From Rhizomicrobium sp. (GTDB lineage Bacteria; Pseudomonadota; Alphaproteobacteria; Micropepsales; Micropepsaceae), in contig DATFSP010000121.1 of assembly GCA_035262545.1 (NCBI GenBank), positions 1 through 48,019 of the forward strand: a DNA stretch of 48,019 bases, read 5' to 3'. The position numbers and the translations under genes are program-made. Below the pieces are notes generated by a model. It did not search any database. It saw only the letters and a list, made by a program, of their open reading frames with translations, and was not told the origin of the DNA. Numbering within the stretch: the first letter of the stretch is position 1; the number at the start of each line of letters is the position of its first letter. This document shows positions 40,309-48,019 of the stretch, piece by piece.

Positions 40309-41307
40309 ATGACGGCACAAATTTATTCCCGCATCGCCATTTTGGGCGGCGGCGCGTGGGGCACGGCACTGGCTGTCGCCGCAAATGCCGCGGGGCGGAC
40401 CACACTTTTGTGGGCGCGCGAAGGCGATGTGATCGCGGGCATCACTCGGGATCATGAAAACAAGCGCTTTCTGCCCGGCGTGACATTGCCGGAAAACCTC
40501 GCTGTGACCGGCGACCTCAAGGAGGCGGCCCAGGCCGATGCATTGCTCGTGACAGCGCCCGCTCAGGTGCTGGGGGACTTCGCGCGCACACTCGCGCCAT
40601 TGGTGCGACCCGGCACGCCGCTGGTGATCTGTGCCAAGGGTATCGAGAAGGACACTGGCCGGCTGGTCCATGAAATGGTGGCGGACGCCATGCCTGGCGC
40701 CTCTTGCGCCATTCTTTCTGGCCCTTCATTCGCGCGCGAGGTGGCAATGGGGCTTCCCACGGCCGTGACCATCGCAGCGGATGCAGCCGTCGCCTCCAGG
40801 CTGCAAACAAGCCTGAGCGCGCCCACTTTCCGGCCGTATGCCAGTGACGATGTGATCGGGGTTGCGCTGGGGGGCGCTGCGAAGAATGTCTATGCTATCG
40901 CCTGCGGCGTAGTCGACGGCCTTGGCCTGGGCGAGAATGCGCGCGCCTCCCTGCTGGCCCGCAGCTTCGCCGAGCTGGCGCGGCTGGGTGAAGCGCTTGG
41001 CGCCAAGCGCGAAACCTTGATGGGACTCTCCGGCTTGGGGGATTTGGTTCTCACCGCCACCAGCAAAAGCTCGCGCAATTTCTCCTTCGGTATGAGCCTC
41101 GGCCAAGGCAACGGGCTCGCGCAACTGGAAGCGCCGGGTCGGCCCCTGGCAGAGGGCGTCGCGACCGCTCCGGCTCTTGTCAAACGGGCCCGCGCGCTCA
41201 AGATTGAGCTCCCTATTGCCGAGGCGATGGCCGATCTTTTGTCGGGCGAACTCCAGCTTTCCGAAGCGCTCACCAGACTGATGAGCAGGAGGTTGAAAAG
41301 CGAATGA
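40309..41307 (+). CDS. gpsA: NAD(P)H-dependent glycerol-3-phosphate dehydrogenase
   Basis: GGGAWGTALA, CAKGIE, LSGPSFA, GGAAKNVYAIACG, GLSGLGDLVLT..S..SRN, AEGV.TA. Confidence 0.96.
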   Translation: MTAQIYSRIAILGGGAWGTALAVAANAAGRTTLLWAREGDVIAGITRDHENKRFLPGVTLPENLAVTGDLKEAAQADALLVTAPAQVLGDFARTLAPLVRPGTPLVICAKGIEKDTGRLVHEMVADAMPGASCAILSGPSFAREVAMGLPTAVTIAADAAVASRLQTSLSAPTFRPYASDDVIGVALGGAAKNVYAIACGVVDGLGLGENARASLLARSFAELARLGEALGAKRETLMGLSGLGDLVLTATSKSSRNFSFGMSLGQGNGLAQLEAPGRPLAEGVATAPALVKRARALKIELPIAEAMADLLSGELQLSEALTRLMSRRLKSE

Positions 41308-41723
41308 ATTATTGGCTGTTCAAGACCGAACCCGAGACCTGGTCCTGGGACATGCAAAAGAAAAAAGGCGCCAAAGGCGAGCCTTGGAGCGGCGTTCGCA
41401 ACCACATCGCCAAAAAGAACATGAAGGCCATGAAGAAGGGCGATCTCGGCTTCTTCTATCACACTGGTGATGAGAAGGCGGTGGTCGGCATCGTTGAAGT
41501 GATTGGCGAATACCGGCCTGATCCCACAGACGAACAAGGCATTTTCGGCCTGGTGGACGTGAAGGCGGTCAAGGATGTGCCCCGGCCGGTAACGCTTGCC
41601 GAATGTAAGGCCAATCCCGAACTGTCCGGCATGGTGCTGGTCAAAAGCGCGCGCCTCTCGGTGCAACCGGTCACGCCGCGGGAATGGAAGATCGTCTGCA
41701 CCATGGGCGGCATTAAGGCCTGA
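41304..41723 (+). CDS. EVE domain protein
   Basis: YWLFKTEP..WSWD, WSGVRNH.A...M..MK.GD..FFYH, RLSVQPV...EW. Confidence 0.93.
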   Translation: MNYWLFKTEPETWSWDMQKKKGAKGEPWSGVRNHIAKKNMKAMKKGDLGFFYHTGDEKAVVGIVEVIGEYRPDPTDEQGIFGLVDVKAVKDVPRPVTLAECKANPELSGMVLVKSARLSVQPVTPREWKIVCTMGGIKA

Positions 41724-41852
41724 GCGACGAGCGGTCGGTAGCGACAATGCTGGGGGCCGAAGACCCGCGGCTCTGACATACAAATGACAAGGTTGAGCCG
41801 GTTCCCAGTGGTATGATCTGCCGTTCGTTTTAGGGGTGGCACGGAGGAAATC

Positions 41853-42278
41853 ATGCCTGCAACCGATATTCTCTCTTTCAGAACATCCATGGGCGAGCGG
41901 GCGATCCGCTGGCTTTATGCGCTTGCCCTCGTGTTGATAACGCTAGGCCTGATCTTCGGTCTTTGGCGGGGCATTTCGCTTGCCACGCGCGCGCCGATGA
42001 CCACACCACCCGCAGTATCGAGCAACGTCAATCCGCCAGCCAACGCCACGACGGGACAGGCCCCGTCACAGGGCGCCCAGGCCGCGCGCCCCATGGGTCC
42101 GCGCGGTTTCTATGGCCGCGGCTTTGAGCGCCGCTATTTCATGATGCGGCGTCATCCCCTGCAGGCAGGTATCTTCATCATCGTACGTACCTTGGTCGGC
42201 AGCTTCGTTGCGCTGATGGTCGTGCGCATCCTGGCCGAGATGGGACTCGCGATCCTGGCCATGCCGCGACGGACTTAA
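41853..42278 (+). CDS. Two-TM membrane protein, DUF4282-like, with low-complexity insert
   Basis: GGAGG SD; LSF......IRWLY and VRILAE...AI flank a Pro/Gln/Gly/Arg-rich loop. Confidence 0.62.
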   Translation: MPATDILSFRTSMGERAIRWLYALALVLITLGLIFGLWRGISLATRAPMTTPPAVSSNVNPPANATTGQAPSQGAQAARPMGPRGFYGRGFERRYFMMRRHPLQAGIFIIVRTLVGSFVALMVVRILAEMGLAILAMPRRT

Positions 42279-42376
42279 GGTCGAGAATTTGGCGATGCCA
42301 CAGAACTCCATCGCCCTTGGCGCGATGGGGTCTCGTTTTCGTCGCGGCTCGCCTCACCGTCCGCATGACGCTGCTT

Positions 42377-43774
42377 CTACCCGAAGGCTTTGACGATCTC
42401 TTCGGTCATCTTCTTGGCGTCGCCGAACAGCATCATTGTGTTGTCGCGGAAGAAGAGTTCGTTCTCCACTCCGGCATAACCCGAGCCCATGCCGCGCTTC
42501 ACGAACAGCACGGTCTTGGCCTTTTCCACGTCCAACACTGGCATACCATAGATCGGCGATTTGGGGTCGGTCTTGGCAGAAGGATTGGTGACGTCATTGG
42601 CACCGATCACATAGGCGACGTCGGCCTGAGAGAATTGGGAATTGATGTCCTCCAATTCGAACACTTCGTCGTAAGGCACATTGGCTTCCGCCAGGAGCAC
42701 ATTCATGTGGCCCGGCATGCGCCCCGCGACGGGATGAATGGCATAAGAAACCTTGACGCCTTCGGCCTTGAGCTTGTCGGCCATCTCGCGCACCGCGTGC
42801 TGGGCTTGCGCCACAGCCATGCCATAGCCCGGCACGATGATCACGCTGGCGGCATTCTTCATGATGAAGGCGGCGTCGTCAGCCGAGCCTTGCTTGACGG
42901 GACGCGCTTCCTTGGCCCCGGCCGCTGCCACGGTTTCGCCGCCAAAGCCGCCCGCGATCACCGAGATGAAGCTGCGATTCATGCCTTTGCACATAATGTA
43001 GGACAGGATCGCGCCGGACGAGCCCACCAGCGCTCCGGTGATGATCAGCGCCGTGTTCTCCAGCGTAAAACCGATGCCGGCCGCTGCCCATCCCGAATAG
43101 GAATTCAGCATCGAGACGACCACCGGCATATCAGCGCCACCGATGGGAATGATGAGCGTAATGCCGAACAGGAATGATAGTCCGGAGATGGCCCAGAAGG
43201 TCCAATGCGGCTGGTCCATGGTGAAATAAACGATCAATCCGATGATCACCAAACCGATCAGGAGATTGAGCAGATGCCGTGCGGGAAGGATGATCGGAGC
43301 GCCCGACATGTTGCCGTTGAGCTTGGCGAACGCGATTATCGAGCCGGCGAAGGTGACGGCGCCTATGGCCACGCCCAAGCTCATCTCGATCAAGCTTTGA
43401 GCGCGGATGGTGTTTTCCGCCCCGATGCCGAAAGCCTCCGGCGAATAAAGCGCGGCCGCCGCGGTCAAGACCGCCGCCAAGCCCACCAGCGAATGGAAGG
43501 CGGCCACCAATTGCGGCATTTGGGTCATAGCGATGCGTTTGGCAGTTACTGCGCCGATCATCCCCCCGATGGCGATGCCGACTACGATCAAGCCCCAGGT
43601 GAGCGGATCGGAGACGCCCGCAACCCATAGCGTGGTCAACACGGCAATCAGCATGCCGATCATGCCGTTGCGGTTGCCTGCCCGCGAGGACGCCGGCGAC
43701 GACAATCCCTTCAGTGCTAGGATGAACAGGACGCCCGCGATCAGATAAAGCAGCGCGGCGATGTCGGCCTTCAT
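42377..43774 (-). CDS. pntB: NAD(P) transhydrogenase beta subunit
   Basis: MPQLVAAFHSLVGLAAV, IGGADMPVVVSMLNSYSG, PGYGMAVAQAQ, HPVAGRMPGHMNVLLAEA, GANDVTNP. Confidence 0.97.
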   Translation of the reverse strand: MKADIAALLYLIAGVLFILALKGLSSPASSRAGNRNGMIGMLIAVLTTLWVAGVSDPLTWGLIVVGIAIGGMIGAVTAKRIAMTQMPQLVAAFHSLVGLAAVLTAAAALYSPEAFGIGAENTIRAQSLIEMSLGVAIGAVTFAGSIIAFAKLNGNMSGAPIILPARHLLNLLIGLVIIGLIVYFTMDQPHWTFWAISGLSFLFGITLIIPIGGADMPVVVSMLNSYSGWAAAGIGFTLENTALIITGALVGSSGAILSYIMCKGMNRSFISVIAGGFGGETVAAAGAKEARPVKQGSADDAAFIMKNAASVIIVPGYGMAVAQAQHAVREMADKLKAEGVKVSYAIHPVAGRMPGHMNVLLAEANVPYDEVFELEDINSQFSQADVAYVIGANDVTNPSAKTDPKSPIYGMPVLDVEKAKTVLFVKRGMGSGYAGVENELFFRDNTMMLFGDAKKMTEEIVKAFG

Positions 43775-43832
43775 ACCGCCACCTCATGATTCGACAAGCT
43801 CGGTATGAGGGCGGCAAAAAAAGAGGGGCCGC

Positions 43833-44141
43833 TCATTTCGCGCCCTTCTTTTTATACATGGCCAGCATGCGGGCGGTGACCAGGAAGCCGCCAAAGATAT
43901 TCACCGATGCGAGGATCAGCGCGACAAAGCCCAGGGTCTTCGAAGTCCAAGAGTCCGCTGATAGCGCCGACACCGATACCGCGATCAGGGCGCCCACAAT
44001 GATCACGGAGGAAATAGCATTGGTCACGCTCATCAGTGGTGTGTGGAGAGCGGGGGTTACACCCCACACCACGAAATAGCCCACAAAGATCGCCAGCACG
44101 AAAATCGAAAGCCGGAAAACAAAAGGATCAATCGCTTCCAT
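43833..44141 (-). CDS. pntAb: NAD(P) transhydrogenase alpha subunit, part 2 (membrane)
   Basis: VTPALHTPLMSVTNAISS, NIFGGFLVT.RML.MY. Confidence 0.94.
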   Translation of the reverse strand: MEAIDPFVFRLSIFVLAIFVGYFVVWGVTPALHTPLMSVTNAISSVIIVGALIAVSVSALSADSWTSKTLGFVALILASVNIFGGFLVTARMLAMYKKKGAK

Positions 44142-44166
44142 TAGACCATCCCCCGAAAGGTCGCGC

Positions 44167-45297
44167 TTATGACTTCGCTGCTGGATGCACCACACTACCG
44201 TCCTTTGTAACCAGTGCGCCTTTGATGATCTCGTCATTCCAGTCGATGGCGAGTTGGCCAGTCTTCTTGTCCACCAGCAGCGAGACGAAGTTGAAAAGGT
44301 TGCGGGCATAAAGCGCCGAGGCATCCGCTGCCAGCCGTCCGGGCATATTGGCATGGCCCATGATGGTGACGCCGTGCACAGTCACCACTTCGCCGGATTT
44401 GGTGAGAGGCGTGTTGCCACCCTGCTCTCCCGCCAGGTCTACGATCACCGAGCCGGGCTTCATGGATTTGACCATCTCCTCGCTCACCAGGATGGGCGCT
44501 TTCCTGCCCGGAATGAGCGCGGTGGTGATCACGATGTCCTGCTTCTTGATCGTGTCGGCGATCAAGGCCGCTTGCTTGGCCTGATATTCCGGCGACATTT
44601 CTTTGGCATAGCCGCCCGCGGTCTGCGCGTTCTTGAATTCCTCATCCATCACCGCCACGAAAGTGCCACCCAGGCTTTCCACCTGCTCCTTGGTGGCCGG
44701 GCGCACATCCGTGGCGCTCACAATCGCACCCAATCGCTTTGCCGTCGCGATGGCCTGGAGTCCTGCCACGCCCACGCCCATCACCAGGACACGCGCGGGC
44801 GCGATCGTGCCCGCAGCGGTCATCATCATCGGCATGGCGCGGCCAAACTCGGCGGCGGCATCGATCACGGCCTTGTAACCGGCAAGATTGGCCTGCGACG
44901 ACAGCACGTCCATCGCCTGGGCGCGGGAAATGCGCGGCAGAAATTCCATAGCGAAGGCAACCCCGCCCCGATCGGCCAATGCGGCGATCGCAGCCTTTTC
45001 GCTGTATGGCGCAAGCAATGCCGCGACGATCGCGCCTTTCTTGATCTGGCTGCTCTCGGCTTCATTGGGACCACGCACCTTGAGCACAATGTCGGCGTCG
45101 CCGAGCAGGGACCCGGCATTGGGCGCCATGCTGGCTCCTGCCGCGACATAGTCCGCGTCGCGAATATGAGCCGCCTCGCCAGCTCCGGTCTCGACTGTCA
45201 CGTCGAGGCTCAGAGACTTGAATTTCTTGACGGATTCTGGAGTCGCGGCGACGCGCGTCTCACCACTCGCTGTTTCTTTGGGGACCGCGAGTTTCAT
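44167..45297 (-). CDS. pntAa: NAD(P) transhydrogenase alpha subunit, part 1 (dI)
   Basis: ETRVAATP, PRISRAQAMDVLSSQ, GVGVAGLQAIATA, GGYAKEM, TTALIPG. Confidence 0.96.
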   Translation of the reverse strand: MKLAVPKETASGETRVAATPESVKKFKSLSLDVTVETGAGEAAHIRDADYVAAGASMAPNAGSLLGDADIVLKVRGPNEAESSQIKKGAIVAALLAPYSEKAAIAALADRGGVAFAMEFLPRISRAQAMDVLSSQANLAGYKAVIDAAAEFGRAMPMMMTAAGTIAPARVLVMGVGVAGLQAIATAKRLGAIVSATDVRPATKEQVESLGGTFVAVMDEEFKNAQTAGGYAKEMSPEYQAKQAALIADTIKKQDIVITTALIPGRKAPILVSEEMVKSMKPGSVIVDLAGEQGGNTPLTKSGEVVTVHGVTIMGHANMPGRLAADASALYARNLFNFVSLLVDKKTGQLAIDWNDEIIKGALVTKDGSVVHPAAKS

Positions 45298-45318
45298 AAC
45301 CCCCCGCCCCCCGCCCCC

Positions 45319-45471
45319 TTAGCCGTGGGTCCGGAAAATGGCCAGAAACGCCATCACCAGGAGGATGAACCCCAGCGAATATTTGACAAAGGTTAAGAAC
45401 CCCGAATAAGCGCGCTGATGCTGGCTGATATCCATCGAGCCGGGTGTGTAGTGGTCGTCTTTTGTGGCCAT
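45319..45471 (-). CDS. aa3-type cytochrome c oxidase subunit IV
   Basis: 50 aa; Y.PGSMDISQH..AY.GF then one TM helix; usual position upstream of pntA in alphaproteobacteria. Confidence 0.8.
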   Translation of the reverse strand: MATKDDHYTPGSMDISQHQRAYSGFLTFVKYSLGFILLVMAFLAIFRTHG

Positions 45472-45710
45472 GGGATGGATTCGCCTAAGGATGAAGCGGG
45501 GGCAATATAGCAAAGACCGCTTTCCCGGCAACCGGTTATGGCCCCCTGGAAAGGTGCGACAGAGTGTTCATTTCAGTTCGGGCATAAGCATCAGCCAGGG
45601 CCGAAATCGCGCCTTTCCCGCCGAGGCGAATTGTGCCGCAAAAGGACAAGTATAAACGCACCATTTACCTCTAGGGCAGCACAATGCGCCTCCAATTCAG
45701 GAAAATGGCC

Positions 45711-47189
45711 ATGGCGCAAACGATTCTTGTGGTGGACGACGATCCAGTCCAACGCCGCTTGCTGGAGACCGTGATCTCCCACAGCGGAATGGCCGTGGTC
45801 ACAGCGCCGGGTGGTCAACCGGCGTTGGACTTGGTCAGAGGTCCCCGTGGCGATGAGATTTCGCTGATCCTGCTCGACTTGGTGATGCCCGACATGGACG
45901 GCCTGGAAGTGCTCGCCAAGCTCCGGCCTACCCATCCCGATCTGCCTGTCATCGTGTTCACCGCCAGGGGTGGGATCGAGGCGGCCGTTCAGGCCATGCG
46001 GGCGGGCGCCAACGACTTCCTGGTCAAACCCGCCAGTCCCGAACGCCTTAACGTGTCGATCCGCAACCAGCTCAAGATCGGCACGCTCTCCGGCGAAGTG
46101 AAGCAGCTCAAGAAGAAGGCCGATAACCGCCTTACCTTCGACGACTTGATCGCGGCCTCACCGGAAATGAGACAAGTAGTGAAGCTGGGCTCGCGGGCGG
46201 CGCAGTCAGACATTCCCATCCTGATCGAAGGAGAGTCCGGCTGCGGCAAGGAATTAATCGCACGCGCCATACAGGGGACCTCGGCCAGGGCCGGCAAGCC
46301 ATTCGTTACCGTCAATTGCGGCGCGATACCGGAGAATCTCATTGAATCCCTGCTCTTCGGTCACGAGAAAGGCTCCTTCACCGGCGCGTCGGACAAGCAT
46401 CTGGGCAAATTCCAGGAAGCCGATGGCGGCACTTTGTTCCTGGACGAGATCGGTGAGCTGCGTCTGGACATGCAGGTGAAGCTGCTGCGCGCGCTCCAAG
46501 AAGGCGAAGTCGATCCGGTTGGCTCCAAACGGCCCGTCAAGGTGGACGTGCGCATCATCTCAGCCACCAACCGTGATCTGGGCGAGATGGCGCGCGAGGG
46601 CAGTTTCCGCAAGGACCTCTACTACCGCCTGAACGTCTTTCCTATTCTCGTGCCGCCCTTGCGCGAGCGCGCCCTCGACCTCGCGCCGTTGGCAAAGCAT
46701 TTCATCGCCCGCTTCGCGGCCGAAGAGCACAAATCCGTGACCGGACTTTCACCGGAAGCCGCCCAGTTGATCGAGCGTTTCTCCTGGCCGGGCAATGTGC
46801 GCCAACTTGAGAACACGATCTTCCGCGCCGTGGTGTTGTGCGATGGCCCGGTGCTTGATCTTTGTGATTTTCCACAGATTGCCGCAGCCATGGGGATGGA
46901 TTCCGGCGCTCGTTCGCCCGCATCCGTCGTGCCGCCGCACCCGTCCGTCGGGGACATGTCCGACCGTTCGCCTTTCGCGCTGCCACTCACCGACGACACA
47001 GGCCAATTCCGCAGTTTCGAAGCGATTGAATCCGACATTATCCGGATGGCCATCGGCAGGTATGAAGGCCATATGTCGGAAGTGGCGCGACGGCTGGGCA
47101 TTGGCCGCTCCACGCTTTATCGCAAGCTTAAGGAATTCGGCCTCGAAGAAAGCGGCGCGCTGGAAGACACGATCCGTAGAACCGGGTGA
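45711..47189 (+). CDS. tacA: Sigma-54-dependent response regulator (REC-AAA+-Fis HTH), TacA-like
   Basis: VVDDDPVQRRLL, LLDLVMP, GESGCGKE, GHEKGSFTGA, LFLDEIG, WPGNVRQLEN, MSEVARRLGIGRSTLYRK. Degenerate CtrA-like site TAAA-N7-TTTAC at 45653-45668. Confidence 0.85.
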   Translation: MAQTILVVDDDPVQRRLLETVISHSGMAVVTAPGGQPALDLVRGPRGDEISLILLDLVMPDMDGLEVLAKLRPTHPDLPVIVFTARGGIEAAVQAMRAGANDFLVKPASPERLNVSIRNQLKIGTLSGEVKQLKKKADNRLTFDDLIAASPEMRQVVKLGSRAAQSDIPILIEGESGCGKELIARAIQGTSARAGKPFVTVNCGAIPENLIESLLFGHEKGSFTGASDKHLGKFQEADGGTLFLDEIGELRLDMQVKLLRALQEGEVDPVGSKRPVKVDVRIISATNRDLGEMAREGSFRKDLYYRLNVFPILVPPLRERALDLAPLAKHFIARFAAEEHKSVTGLSPEAAQLIERFSWPGNVRQLENTIFRAVVLCDGPVLDLCDFPQIAAAMGMDSGARSPASVVPPHPSVGDMSDRSPFALPLTDDTGQFRSFEAIESDIIRMAIGRYEGHMSEVARRLGIGRSTLYRKLKEFGLEESGALEDTIRRTG

Positions 47190-47214
47190 CCCGTTCACGA
47201 GCGTGGACGTGAGC

Positions 47215-47457
47215 CTAGCGCATCCCTAAGGCGTTAAGATAGAGATCCAGAATTGCCTCCTGCTCTTGGAAATCCGCCTTGTCCAATTTCCGCATCCTGA
47301 CTACCTGGCGCATGATCTTGGTGTCGAAACCTTGCCCTTTGGCCTCGGAATAGACTTCGCGAATATCGGCGGTAAGCGCACTGCGCTCTTCCTCCAGCCT
47401 TTCGATGCGGTCCACGAAAGACTTTAGATGTTCTTTAGCAAAGCCGGATTTTGCCAT
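47215..47457 (-). CDS. gapR: Nucleoid-associated protein GapR (DUF2312)
   Basis: LKSFVDRIERLEEE...L..DIREVY.EAKGQGFD.KIMRQVVRMRK, E.EAILDLY..ALGM. Confidence 0.92.
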   Translation of the reverse strand: MAKSGFAKEHLKSFVDRIERLEEERSALTADIREVYSEAKGQGFDTKIMRQVVRMRKLDKADFQEQEAILDLYLNALGMR

Positions 47458-47534
47458 GGGGACCTGCGGATTTTTCGGAAAAGGGCGCGGACCCTAGCCT
47501 CGCGGGCGCCATGGCGCAATGCGCGACGGAAGCT

Positions 47535-47834
47535 CTAGCTGTGGGTTTTCTGTGATTGCTCGAAGGCCGCCATTTGCTCCGGCGTCGCTTCTTTCTGGTG
47601 ACGTTTTTTCCATTCCGCCGGCGACATGCCATAGACCAGACCGCGGGCCTCATCCTTATCCAAGAGAATGCCTTTTTCCGCCGCCGCTTCGCGATACCAG
47701 TCGCCCAGGCAATTCCGGCAAAAGCCTCCCACGATCATAAGATCGATATTCTGGACGTCGGTGCGCGTCCGAAGATGCTCCACCAGGCGGCGATAGACTT
47801 GAGCTTCCAATTCGGTTCGGGTCCTCTCATCCAT
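47535..47834 (-). CDS. DUF1244 family protein
   Basis: ELEA..YRRLVEHLR.RTDVQNIDLM...GFCRNCL..WY, VYGM...EWK..HQ.EAT.EQ. Confidence 0.9.
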   Translation of the reverse strand: MDERTRTELEAQVYRRLVEHLRTRTDVQNIDLMIVGGFCRNCLGDWYREAAAEKGILLDKDEARGLVYGMSPAEWKKRHQKEATPEQMAAFEQSQKTHS

Positions 47835-48019
47835 TTACTGCTCCATTTCCACCAGACTCGTTTCCGTAAGGCTGGCATCCAGCACCGGCTTGAGGCGCGC
47901 CGCGAATTCCCTGGCCTTATCCGCATCAGCCAGGAAGTCCTGGCGGATCTCGATAAGCACATTGATATGGCCTGTCTTGGTGCCGTGCGTGTCGAGCGTA
48001 TCGCCTTCCAGTGCCCCCG
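47835..48019 (-). CDS. N-formylglutamate amidohydrolase family, C-terminal fragment (runs off window end)
   Basis: GALEGDTLDTHG...G...VLIEIRQD; stop TAA at 47835-47837 abuts the DUF1244 ATG. Confidence 0.82.
   Translation of the reverse strand, partial: GALEGDTLDTHGTKTGHINVLIEIRQDFLADADKAREFAARLKPVLDASLTETSLVEMEQ

Noticed and set aside
39601-40671. Long N-terminal extensions in the ORF track for lolA and gpsA (also ccmG, phaA, PAS, pntAb)
   Set aside because: Artefacts of taking the first possible start; they overlap neighbouring genes and homology begins at the downstream starts used above.
41304-41723. EVE protein as part of a modification-dependent defence system
   Set aside because: Stand-alone EVE after gpsA is the usual alphaproteobacterial housekeeping context; no nuclease is fused or adjacent.
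46600-46635. FRKDLYYRL instead of FREDLYYRL, and GSFTGA instead of GAFTGA, as inactivating changes in the sigma-54 activator
   Set aside because: Both variants occur in functional enhancer-binding proteins; Walker A/B and the arginines are intact.

Overview
GC-rich alphaproteobacterial chromosomal DNA. Gene content and order suggest a Caulobacterales/Rhizomicrobium-like lineage (inference only). The window is almost all core genome: end of ftsY, yciB/ispZ, a MarR regulator, ccmABCDG, phaA-cupin-phaB and phaR, a GGDEF-EAL protein, acnA, a large NAD-glutamate dehydrogenase, PilZ/OmpA/PAS genes, sucCDAB, the rplU-rpmA-GNAT-obgE-proBA-nadD-rsfS-rlmH cluster, a phosphatase-AlkB pair, ArsR, LolA, gpsA-EVE, pntAB, a TacA-like sigma-54 activator and gapR. 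I saw no rRNA, tRNA, transposase, prophage, CRISPR or defence system, and nothing that is demonstrably a new multi-gene system. The most unusual signals are non-coding or very small: (1) a 36-bp tandem array between proA and nadD that reads as four chained Met-Pro minigenes; (2) an unannotated ~150-nt small RNA with C-rich anti-Shine-Dalgarno loops downstream of a leaderless ArsR gene; (3) a mutually exclusive hairpin set after rpmA; (4) a second structured intergenic region upstream of the GGDEF-EAL gene; (5) a perfect CtrA box at an uncharacterised membrane gene; (6) a likely CTG-initiated RsfS with a lysine-rich tail; (7) a frameshifted membrane gene. All family assignments are from motif recognition by eye; no searches were run.
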